From positions 2,309 through 66,308 of the forward strand of contig JAQTQO010000003.1 of assembly GCA_028712155.1 (NCBI GenBank): 64,000 bases of DNA, given 5' to 3'. This document shows, piece after piece, positions 56,811-64,000 of this stretch. The position numbers and the translations under genes were made by a program. The notes beneath the pieces are model-generated. The model saw nothing but the letters and a program-made list of their open reading frames with translations, ran no database searches and was not told the origin of the DNA. Every line of letters begins with the position of its first letter. Within the stretch, counting starts at the first letter, position 1. This stretch comes from Patescibacteria group bacterium (GTDB lineage: Bacteria; Patescibacteriota; Patescibacteriia; Buchananbacterales; GWA2-38-13).

Positions 56811-57054
56811 CGCACCCTCCTCTTCGTGGAACGCAAGGTTCTTCCGATTTTAAAAAAATATCCGCTGATGGCGGACGGCGGCGCGGGAAAATTCTGTGCA
56901 GCCCGCCACGTCGAATTTTGTTTTCTCTCCTCTTGTTAAAGACCGAGGTTTACGCACCCAAATTGTAGATAGTCTAGTCCGGCAGTAGTTGGTTGTCAAG
57001 ACTTACCTTGTGGATAGATCAGATTATATTCAAGGGTGGAATCTTGGGTCAATG

Positions 57055-57086
57055 AAAAAAGGGTCGAACCACGGATGGTTCGACCC
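57055..57086 (-). terminator. intrinsic terminator for the minus-strand small gene at 57113-57313
   Basis: Perfect 11-bp stem 'gggtcgaacca'/'tggttcgaccc', loop 'cgga', A6 on the plus-strand 5' side. Confidence 0.6.
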
Positions 57087-57112
57087 TCGTATCTTGCACG
57101 GGGATGTGCTGT

Positions 57113-57313
57113 TTATCCCGTGAGATAGATCTGGAGTTCGAAATCGAAGAAGCATCGATTGCAAACCCCTCCGTCGTCGACCAGCCCGCCGCAACTGCAG
57201 CGAACACCTTGGAGACGCGGCTTCTGCCGGATATCCGGGGGCCGTTGTGCCGACGGTTCCGACAGTACCTGCTTTTGCGCTGGCGCAGGTATTGGAGTCT
57301 TCAACCTTTCCAT
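57113..57313 (-). CDS. small Cys-rich (zinc-ribbon-like) protein
   Basis: 'CSCGGLVDDGGVCNRCF'; minus-strand promoter TTGACA-N17-TATATT at about 57362-57390, SD GGGAGA, terminator present. Confidence 0.4.
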   Translation of the reverse strand: MERLKTPIPAPAQKQVLSEPSAQRPPDIRQKPRLQGVRCSCGGLVDDGGVCNRCFFDFELQIYLTG

Positions 57314-57711
57314 CACCATTCTCCCAAAATAGGTTGAACGAAAGTAAATAACGATTATTGTGCAGCAATATACAACAAATTTTACATATTGTCAAGTAAA
57401 CCGAGTAAAATAAAGTGGGGTGGCCTCGTAACGAGAGTTACTTGGCCACCCCTGGGGCAGTTGTGGGCTGATTGATTGATGATTGCGGCCGATAGATTGC
57501 CCGCAGCTGCTTTGGAGGGATTTTTCCCTCAAGGAACATTTAGTGCCGTTACATTACACCCGTACAGAAATATAGTCAAGGAAATCGTTCATATTTGCTT
57601 AATGATATTCGTGCAAAGGCGTGCATCTGGTACAGGATGTCGCATGACAGCTCAAAAAATGGCCTGGGCGTGGTCCGCTGCACCCGGGCGTGGTAAAATT
57701 CTAACGCCGTT

Positions 57712-59304
57712 ATGCTTTCGCAGGTATTACAAACGATTACTTTGCCCGATGCCCCGGGTAGTTACCAGTTTCTCAACGCCGAAGGCGTGGTGATTTATGT
57801 CGGCAAGGCAAAAAATCTTGCCCGCCGGGTGGCAAGCTATTTGCGCGAAACCGCGGATGAAAAAACAGCGAAACTTGTTCGGGAAATTACCGATCTCCAA
57901 TTCACCGTTACCCGAAACGAAGTCGAGGCGTTGTTGCTGGAAGCAAAGCTTATCAAGGAGCATCAGCCGAAGTACAATGTGGCGCTCAAGGGCGGTGAAC
58001 GTTATGCGTATATTCAGGTGACCAATGATGCGTTTCCGCGACTGGTGACCACGCGCAAGCCATTGCGCAGCGACCGGGTGTTTGGGCCGTACACGTCAGG
58101 CGAAGCGCGGGTGGAGGCCCTCCATCTCGCTAATACTTTGTTCAAGTTGCGCGTATGCAAACGTCTGCCGAAGCGCGCATGCCTGCTCTATCACCTGAAG
58201 CTATGCGCGGCGCCGTGCATCGGAAAAATTTCTGTTGAAGATTATCGGGCAAACATCCGGAGAGCCGAAAGCTTTTTGCGCGGTGACGTACAGCCGCTGC
58301 TGGAGCGACTGGAGCAAGAAATGCGCGCCTATGCCGCCCGCGAGCAGTACGAAATGGCGAAAGTGCGCCGCGACCAGATCCGCGCCCTGCGCCACCTCGG
58401 CGTGAATCCGGTGGGCAAACCGCGCCGCGCGTACGATCAGGATGCGGTGAATTTTGTCGCCAGCCCGTCGAAAATGGTGGTGCAGATATTTCACATCAGC
58501 CGCGGGGTGATTTCCCGGCGGCGCGAGTTTAGCGTGCGGCGCACTTTGGGCCAGAGCGATCAGCGACTGCTGACCGATTTTCTCATCCAATATTACTACA
58601 CGGAAGACATCCCGGAGGAAATCATCACGCCAATCGCTCTGTCCGAAGCCGCTTTGGTGGGGGAGTATCTGGCAAAGGAGTCCGGTCGTCGCGTGGCCAT
58701 TACCGTGCCGCAGCAAGGGGAAAAAATGCGGCTTTTGGAGTTGCTGGCTGAAAACATTTCCGTGAGCGTGAAGGCCGGCGACAGTGCCTTGCTGGAACTC
58801 CAGGAAAAACTCCGGCTGCCGCGGCTGCCGCGGGTGATCGAATGCGTTGATATTTCTAATCTCGGTCCGACCAATCTGGTCGGGTCACTGGTGACGTTTT
58901 GCGACGGCCATCCGGACAAAGATAATTACCGGCGGTTTAAAATCCGTACCGTACGCGGCCAGTCGGACTACGATGCCATGCGCGAAGTCATCGAACGCCG
59001 TTTCCGCCGGTTGCTGGCGGAGAAAATCCCGCTGCCGGACCTCGTGCTGGTGGACGGCGGTAAGCCGCAGCTCTCCGCGGCGCTGTCGGTTTTTCGGCAG
59101 CTCGGCGTGACCCAGCCGGTGGCGGGGCTTGCCAAAAAATTTGAGGAACTCTACACGACCGATACGATGTACCCGCTCAGACTGCCCAAAACCTCGGCTG
59201 CTTTACATCTGATGCAGCGCATCCGCAACGAGGCGCACCGCTTCGCCATCGCATACCAGCGCCTGCTGCGGAGCAAAAGTTTCTTGCAATCCGGGGATGC
59301 GTGA
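57712..59304 (+). CDS. uvrC: excinuclease ABC subunit C, lacking the C-terminal (HhH)2 domain
   Basis: GIY-YIG 'GSYQFLNAEGVVIYVGKAKNLARRV', UvrBC-interaction and RNase H-like endonuclease domains; ends 'IAYQRLLRSKSFLQSGDA' before where HhH normally begins; a TGgTAAAAT element 12 nt upstream suggests a near-leaderless transcript. Confidence 0.85.
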   Translation: MLSQVLQTITLPDAPGSYQFLNAEGVVIYVGKAKNLARRVASYLRETADEKTAKLVREITDLQFTVTRNEVEALLLEAKLIKEHQPKYNVALKGGERYAYIQVTNDAFPRLVTTRKPLRSDRVFGPYTSGEARVEALHLANTLFKLRVCKRLPKRACLLYHLKLCAAPCIGKISVEDYRANIRRAESFLRGDVQPLLERLEQEMRAYAAREQYEMAKVRRDQIRALRHLGVNPVGKPRRAYDQDAVNFVASPSKMVVQIFHISRGVISRRREFSVRRTLGQSDQRLLTDFLIQYYYTEDIPEEIITPIALSEAALVGEYLAKESGRRVAITVPQQGEKMRLLELLAENISVSVKAGDSALLELQEKLRLPRLPRVIECVDISNLGPTNLVGSLVTFCDGHPDKDNYRRFKIRTVRGQSDYDAMREVIERRFRRLLAEKIPLPDLVLVDGGKPQLSAALSVFRQLGVTQPVAGLAKKFEELYTTDTMYPLRLPKTSAALHLMQRIRNEAHRFAIAYQRLLRSKSFLQSGDA

Positions 59305-59317
59305 TCAGGCGGCCCCC

Positions 59318-59345
59318 TTGACAAATATTTTTGAACTGGTAGTAT
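59318..59345 (+). promoter_or_regulatory. near-consensus sigma70 promoter (TTGACA-N16-TAGTAT) driving the downstream structured RNA/leader
   Basis: -35 at 59318-23 and -10 at 59340-45, placed 14 nt after the uvrC stop. Confidence 0.55.
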
Positions 59346-59351
59346 CAAATA

Positions 59352-59585
59352 TTCATGAGTCGAGGCTCCTTTGATACCCCTGCCCTGCTGATGCGGGGAT
59401 GGTGGCTGCATTGCCGCTTGCATGGATGATGCTTCCCGACCAGCATCAAGGCAAACTCCAGGTTCAGAGAACCGTTCGAGAAATGGTTTTCGGGTCTCCG
59501 GCGGTGCCGTCGGGTGTGATCTTGTTAGATCCATCATCAGGGGTAGTCCGCTCTCTTCCCAGTGCTGAGAGCGGACTTTTTATTT
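59352..59585 (+). ncRNA. candidate structured small RNA or cis-regulatory leader (unknown family), bounded by a promoter and an intrinsic terminator
   Basis: About 230-nt unit with no credible ORF; long-range helix 5' 'uaccccug..ugaug' (59375-59395) with 3' 'caucaucagggguag' (59531-59545); internal hairpins such as 'tgatgct-tcccgacc-agcatca'; ends in terminator 'gtccgctctc'/'gagagcggac' + 'tttttattt' (59546-59585). Confidence 0.35.
59546..59585 (+). terminator. intrinsic terminator
   Basis: 10-bp stem 'gtccgctctc'/'gagagcggac', 11-nt loop, followed by T5-A-T3. Confidence 0.8.
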
Positions 59586-59630
59586 CAGTTGAAAAAAACC
59601 GCAAATTATGGTACGGTCACGTTATTCGCT

Positions 59631-60299
59631 ATGGGTACGCTGTACATTATGGCAACGCCGATCGGAAATCTTTCCGATATCACGCTGCGCGCGCTGGAAA
59701 CCCTGAAATCCGTTGACCTGGTGGCGTGCGAAGATACGCGGCATTCCAAAATTCTGCTCGACCGTTGCCGGATCGAAAAACCCCTTATCAGTTACCACCA
59801 GCACAGCGGCCCGGTCGGGGTGGAAAAAATTTTGGCGGAGCTTGGGGCGGGGAAAGCCATTGCGCTGGTGACCGATGCCGGTACGCCCGGCATCAACGAT
59901 CCGGGCGGTGTGCTGGTTGCCGCTGCGGTTGAGGCTGGCCATACCGTTATTCCGATTCCCGGTGCCACGGCGTTTGCCGCGGCGTTGAGCGTGTCGGGGC
60001 TGCCGGCGGACCGGTTCACATTTTTGGGTTTTTTGCCGCACAAGAAGGGGCGGCAAACGCTGCTGCAGTACATTGCTGACACAGAGAGCACGGTGGTTTT
60101 CTACGAGTCAACGCACCGGATTATCAAAACGATGCAGCAGCTGGCAACCCTGTTGCCGCCGGAACGCCCCGTGGTGGTGTGCCGCGAGCTGACGAAAGCC
60201 TTTGAAACGATCTATCGCGGGAGTGCAACCGAAGTGCTGCAGCAGCTGCAAGCGGGTGTGACCAAAGGGGAGTTTGTGGTGATCGTGGGACCCAAGTAA
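59631..60299 (+). CDS. rsmI: 16S rRNA (cytidine1402-2'-O)-methyltransferase
   Basis: 'LYIMATPIGNLSDITLRALETLKSVDLVACEDTRHS', 'VTDAGTPGINDPG' tetrapyrrole-methylase-fold RsmI motifs. Confidence 0.85.
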   Translation: MGTLYIMATPIGNLSDITLRALETLKSVDLVACEDTRHSKILLDRCRIEKPLISYHQHSGPVGVEKILAELGAGKAIALVTDAGTPGINDPGGVLVAAAVEAGHTVIPIPGATAFAAALSVSGLPADRFTFLGFLPHKKGRQTLLQYIADTESTVVFYESTHRIIKTMQQLATLLPPERPVVVCRELTKAFETIYRGSATEVLQQLQAGVTKGEFVVIVGPK

Positions 60300-60411
60300 A
60301 CGCAAAGCGAAAATGCAGAACAGCAACTCACAACCAAAAATATTTTGAATTTTATACTGTAATTTTTACGCTTTTCGCTTTACGTTTTGCACTTGATCCG
60401 GAAAGTCGTTT

Positions 60412-61854
60412 ATGCCCAAGAAATTTTACCTCACCACGACCATTCCCTACGTCAATGCGGCACCGCACATCGGTTTTGCGCTGGAACTCGTGCAGTCCGA
60501 TACGGTGGCGCGCTGGTCGCGGCAACGCGAACGGGATGTTTTTTTCCTGACCGGCGCCGACGAGAACAGCTTGAAAAACGTCCGGGCCGCCGAAGCCGAA
60601 GGCATACCCACGCCGCAGCTGGTTGACCGCAATGCGCAGCGCTACGTCGATCTAACCAGGGCGCTCAATATTTCCAATGACGATTTCATCCGCACTTCAA
60701 CCCCTCCGCATCACGCCGGTGCGCAGGCGCTGTGGCGCGCCTGTCGCAAGGAAGATATCTACCGGAAATCGTACCAGGGGCTCTACTGCGTCGGCTGCGA
60801 GGCGTTTTATCTGCCGAAGGATCTGGTTGACGGAACATGCCCCGAGCACCGGACGGTGCCCGAGACGGTGAATGAGGAAAACTACTTTTTCCGCCTGTCC
60901 CGTTACGGCAAGAAACTGACCGGGCTCATTGAGAGCGGTAAGTTTTTGATTTTGCCGGAGAGTCGGCGCAATGAAGTGTTGAGCTTCATCAAGATGGGCC
61001 TGGAAGATTTTTCCATCTCCCGGACGCGCGTCCGCGCGAAAGATTGGGGCGTATCGGTGCCCGCAGATCCCGATCAGGTGATGTACGTGTGGTTCGACGC
61101 CCTCTCCAATTACATCACCGCTCTTGGCTACGGTCAGGAGCAACCGGCGCGGTTCAAGCGCTACTGGCCGGCGGATTTGCATATTTTAGGCAAGGGGGTG
61201 GTGCGGTTCCATGCCGTGTACTGGCCGGCGATGCTGCTGTCGGCGCGGTTGCCGTTGCCCAAGCGTTTGTTCGTGCACGGCTATGTTACCGTCGGCGGCG
61301 GAAAAATTTCCAAGTCGCTGGGCAATACCGTTGATCCGTTCGCCTGTATCCGCCAGTTCGGCGCCGACGCGGTGCGCTACTATCTGCTGCGGTACGTGCA
61401 TCCGACCCAGGACAGCGATTTTTCCGAAGCGCAGTTGGCGGATGCTTACCAGGCCGATCTCGCCAACGGTTTGGGGAATTTAGTTTCCCGCGTAACCGGT
61501 TTGATCGAACAGAATCAGGTGAACGTTGCGCCCGTGACCGCAAAAAAACCGACTCATGAACTCGGCCAGCTGGTGGAAGGTTTTGAATTTAATGCGGCCC
61601 TGAAACTCATCTGGGAAGAGGTGAAGCGGCTTGATACGCTGATCGCGACCGCCGAACCCTGGAAATTAGCCAAGGAAGGAAAAACCGCCAAATTGACTTC
61701 GGTGTTAAAGCAGGCGGCGAATGGGATTGCGACCGTCGCCCACTGGGTGGAACCGTTTTTGCCCGAAACCGCGGAAAAAATTAACCGGGTGATGACGGCG
61801 CAGCCGATCGTCAAGTCGGCACCGCTTTTCCCGCGTCTCGATCAAAAAACCTAG
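60412..61854 (+). CDS. metG: methionine--tRNA ligase (short form)
   Basis: HIGH-class 'PYVNAAPHIGF', zinc knuckle 'CVGCEAF...CPEH', 'KISKSLGN'; 480 aa with no C-terminal tRNA-binding extension. Confidence 0.92.
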   Translation: MPKKFYLTTTIPYVNAAPHIGFALELVQSDTVARWSRQRERDVFFLTGADENSLKNVRAAEAEGIPTPQLVDRNAQRYVDLTRALNISNDDFIRTSTPPHHAGAQALWRACRKEDIYRKSYQGLYCVGCEAFYLPKDLVDGTCPEHRTVPETVNEENYFFRLSRYGKKLTGLIESGKFLILPESRRNEVLSFIKMGLEDFSISRTRVRAKDWGVSVPADPDQVMYVWFDALSNYITALGYGQEQPARFKRYWPADLHILGKGVVRFHAVYWPAMLLSARLPLPKRLFVHGYVTVGGGKISKSLGNTVDPFACIRQFGADAVRYYLLRYVHPTQDSDFSEAQLADAYQADLANGLGNLVSRVTGLIEQNQVNVAPVTAKKPTHELGQLVEGFEFNAALKLIWEEVKRLDTLIATAEPWKLAKEGKTAKLTSVLKQAANGIATVAHWVEPFLPETAEKINRVMTAQPIVKSAPLFPRLDQKT

Positions 61855-61864
61855 CGCCTGTTGT

Positions 61865-62413
61865 ATGGTTACCTTAAGCTGGCCCGATCTCGTGATGCTG
61901 CTGGTAATCGTCGGGTTCAGCGCGTTCGGGTTTGCTTTGGGATTAATCCAGGTGATCGGCAGTTTGGTGGGGATCGTGGCAGGCGCGTGGCTCGCCGTCT
62001 TTTTCTACCCGCCCTTGAGCCAGGCGCTCGCGCCGTATTTTCTCGGCCATGAAACTGCGGCAATCGCCGTGTCGTTTATGCTCGTTTTTCTGCTCGTCAA
62101 TCGGGCGTGCGCGTTCGCTTTTTATCTCATAAATAAAATATTTCATTTGCTGAGTTTCATCCCGTTCATGAAAAGTTTCAACCGTCTCGGCGGGGGTTTG
62201 CTTGGTCTACTGGAGGGGGCATTGTTATTGGGAGTCATTCTGCAGTTCTCCGCCAAGCTTTCCGGGCTGCCGTGGGTGGATTGGGTTACCGCCAAGTCGG
62301 TCGTCGCGCCGTGGCTTTTACGTTTAGTGGAATTGCTTTCTCCGATCCTGCCCGCGATCTTAAGTGCCGCGACCAAAACTCTTCCCATTGATGTCGGTAC
62401 CCAAATTATTTGA
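61865..62413 (+). CDS. cvpA: CvpA-family membrane protein (colicin V production protein-like)
   Basis: Four TM helices in the CvpA arrangement ('DLVMLLVIVGFSAFGFALGLI'). Confidence 0.6.
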   Translation: MVTLSWPDLVMLLVIVGFSAFGFALGLIQVIGSLVGIVAGAWLAVFFYPPLSQALAPYFLGHETAAIAVSFMLVFLLVNRACAFAFYLINKIFHLLSFIPFMKSFNRLGGGLLGLLEGALLLGVILQFSAKLSGLPWVDWVTAKSVVAPWLLRLVELLSPILPAILSAATKTLPIDVGTQII

Positions 62414-63191
62414 CACGCACGCCCACCTGAATTTTGAGGCATTCCAGGCGGACTGGCAAAACGTCGCGGAGGACTGCCGGCGGCGCGGCGTGTGGGTGGT
62501 GAGCGTGGGATCGCAGTTTCCGACCAGCCGGCAGGCGGTGGATGTCGCCGAACACACCGGGGACGGTTTTTTTGCGGCCGTCGGCGTGCATCCTATTCAT
62601 GCGCACGAAGCGGCGCATGCTTTTGATTATAAAAAGTATTCGGACCTCATCCGGTCGAGTAAAATTATCGTGGGCATAGGTGAAACCGGCCTGGATTTTT
62701 TTCACGACGAAAAAACATATGCGGTTCAGCGCGAGGCGTTCGTCCAGCAGATTCATTTGGCCAAGGAGTTTGACCTCCCGCTTATCATCCACGGGCGCAA
62801 CCGCGTTGATTCCACCGCCAGCTGCTATCAAGAAATTTTCAATATTGTCCAGTCTGAACGCGTGACGCGTGCCGTGGTGCACTGCTTTGGCGGCAATCGC
62901 GAGGAAGCCAAGGCATTCCTCGAACTTGGATTTTTTATCGGCATTACCGGCATCGTGACCTTCCGCAATGCCCGCACTTTGCAGGCGATGGTCAGCGCGG
63001 ACATTCCCCTGGAACGGCTGTTGATCGAAACGGATGCGCCCTACCTGGCTCCGGATCCGCATCGCGGGCAACGCAATCAGCCGCAGTACGTCGAGTACGT
63101 CGCCAGGAAAATCGCGGAACTGAAAGAGCTCAGTTACGAAGAAGTCGCCGTTGCGACAACCGCAAACGCACGCCGTTTCTACCGCGTCTAG
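62391..63191 (+). CDS. tatD: TatD-family metal-dependent DNase/hydrolase
   Basis: 'LFDTHAHL', 'GIGETGLDFFHDE', 'LPLIIHGRN', 'HCFGG', 'ETDAPYL'. Confidence 0.88.
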   Translation: MSVPKLFDTHAHLNFEAFQADWQNVAEDCRRRGVWVVSVGSQFPTSRQAVDVAEHTGDGFFAAVGVHPIHAHEAAHAFDYKKYSDLIRSSKIIVGIGETGLDFFHDEKTYAVQREAFVQQIHLAKEFDLPLIIHGRNRVDSTASCYQEIFNIVQSERVTRAVVHCFGGNREEAKAFLELGFFIGITGIVTFRNARTLQAMVSADIPLERLLIETDAPYLAPDPHRGQRNQPQYVEYVARKIAELKELSYEEVAVATTANARRFYRV

Positions 63192-63267
63192 CGATCGTTT
63201 ACGGACCCGCAGTTTTTGGGTATACTGTGGATACGTCAAATATTTCGTGAGTACCCGAGATGTGGGT

Positions 63268-63387
63268 ATGCCGCGACCGAGCGAAGATTGTCCTTGCGGG
63301 TCCGGGCTGCCGTACGGTGAGTGCTGCGGCGCTACCGAACCGTGCGATTGCGGCTCCGGCAAGCTCGCGGGGGACTGCTGTTACTGA
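63268..63387 (+). CDS. SEC-C motif mini-protein (two tandem metal-binding SEC-C half-sites)
   Basis: 'CPCGSGLPYGECCG' matches the SecA C-terminal SEC-C motif (CPCGSGKKYKxCCG), followed by 'CDCGSGKLAGDCC'. Confidence 0.45.
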   Translation: MPRPSEDCPCGSGLPYGECCGATEPCDCGSGKLAGDCCY

Positions 63388-63490
63388 TGGAAAATACAAC
63401 GTTCCGTAACCGCCTGCGTGCGGGCTTTTTTAGTGCATTCCCTGCGCCGCTTGTGGGGGGCTTCTGCGGACGGTACAATGGGTGAGCGAT

Positions 63491-64000
63491 ATGGCCACGG
63501 ATTTACTTGCCAATCTCAATGACGCCCAGCGGGCGGCCGTCACGCATGGTGATGGGCCGCTGTTAATCGTGGCGGGCGCCGGGACCGGAAAAACCACTGT
63601 GGTCACCTCGCGGATTGCCTGGTTGATTACCCAGGGGAAGGCGGAGGTGTCCGAGGTGCTGGCGCTCACGTTCACCGACAAGGCGGCCGGCGAAATGGAG
63701 GAGCGCGTAGACCGCCTCGTGCCGTACGGCACGGTGGATTTGTGGGTGTCGACGTTCCACAGTTTCTGCCAGCGCATCCTGTCGGCGCATGCGCTCGACA
63801 TCGGCATCCCCGGCAACATCCGGCTGCTCAACACCACCCAGCAATGGCTACTGGTGCGCGAGCATCTCGACAAATTCCAGCTCAAGCACTACCGGCCGCT
63901 TGGCAACCCCACGAAATTCGTTCACGCCCTGCTGGCGCATTTCGCGCGCGCGAAAGACGAAGCGGTCGGCCCGGAAGAATATCTGCGTTTTGCCCATGAA
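63491..64000 (+). CDS. UvrD/PcrA/Rep-family DNA helicase (5' partial, continues beyond the window)
   Basis: 'LNDAQRAAVTHGDGPLLIVAGAGTGKTTVVTSRIAWLI' (helicase motif I / Walker A); no stop before the window end. Confidence 0.8.
   Translation, partial: MATDLLANLNDAQRAAVTHGDGPLLIVAGAGTGKTTVVTSRIAWLITQGKAEVSEVLALTFTDKAAGEMEERVDRLVPYGTVDLWVSTFHSFCQRILSAHALDIGIPGNIRLLNTTQQWLLVREHLDKFQLKHYRPLGNPTKFVHALLAHFARAKDEAVGPEEYLRFAHE

Noticed and set aside
57061-57086. 'GGTTCGACCC' resembling a tRNA T-arm
   Set aside because: The surrounding sequence forms a simple perfect 11-bp hairpin with a 4-nt loop and an adjacent A/U-tract. No acceptor, D or anticodon arms can be drawn, so it is a terminator, not a tRNA.
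59352-59585. T-box, SAM-I, cobalamin, SRP, tmRNA or RNase P identity for the structured RNA candidate
   Set aside because: The conserved primary-sequence boxes of these families (the T-box 'AGGGUGGNACCGCG', the SAM-I 'AUCAAGAG', the SRP 'GGAAGCAGCCA' and others) are not present, so the family is left unknown rather than assigned.

Overview
A 64 kb, gene-dense (about 90% coding) bacterial chromosomal window at roughly 60% GC, with no rRNA or tRNA genes, no CRISPR array and no recognisable integrase or transposase. Most genes have GGAGG-type ribosome-binding sites, sigma70-like TTGACA-N17 promoters, and intrinsic terminators with clear U-tracts. Compact overlapping genes, a short-form MetRS, a UvrC lacking its HhH tail, type IV pilus genes and rsmI-metG-tatD synteny suggest an uncultivated, possibly Patescibacteria/CPR-like or Terrabacteria-like lineage; that placement is a low-confidence inference. 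Main content in order: a four-gene [NiFe]-hydrogenase operon (small ferredoxin, FAD ferredoxin reductase, HoxY-like small subunit, large subunit) flanked by two ECF sigma factors (one with a putative anti-sigma membrane partner); a GC-rich lone purM; a minus-strand operon (DMT transporter, hypothetical, membrane protein, hydrogenase maturation protease); an ArsR/DUF1059 operon flanked by two paralogous small membrane-protein genes; queH; a fused MEMO1-AMMECR1 protein; a P-type ATPase; purine and methionine salvage genes (apt, mtnP); a standalone Cas4-like nuclease; rlmN; a divergent Elp3/Trm9-like tRNA-modification pair; a run of monocistronic hypotheticals ending at an orphan ParB; an envelope thiol-redox and glycosylation cluster (DsbA, GT39, DUF2079, CcdA, thioredoxin-like lipoprotein, B12 radical SAM); a type IV pilus operon with a separate pilin; DJ-1/SOD/cupredoxin; and a uvrB-uvrA-uvrC-uvrD repair neighbourhood followed by rsmI, metG, cvpA, tatD. 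The most notable items are the unconventional hydrogenase electron-input module, the Elp3+Trm9 pair, the promoter-plus-terminator-bounded structured RNA candidate after uvrC, the paralogous mini-membrane proteins, and an identical 16-nt promoter core shared by two distant genes.
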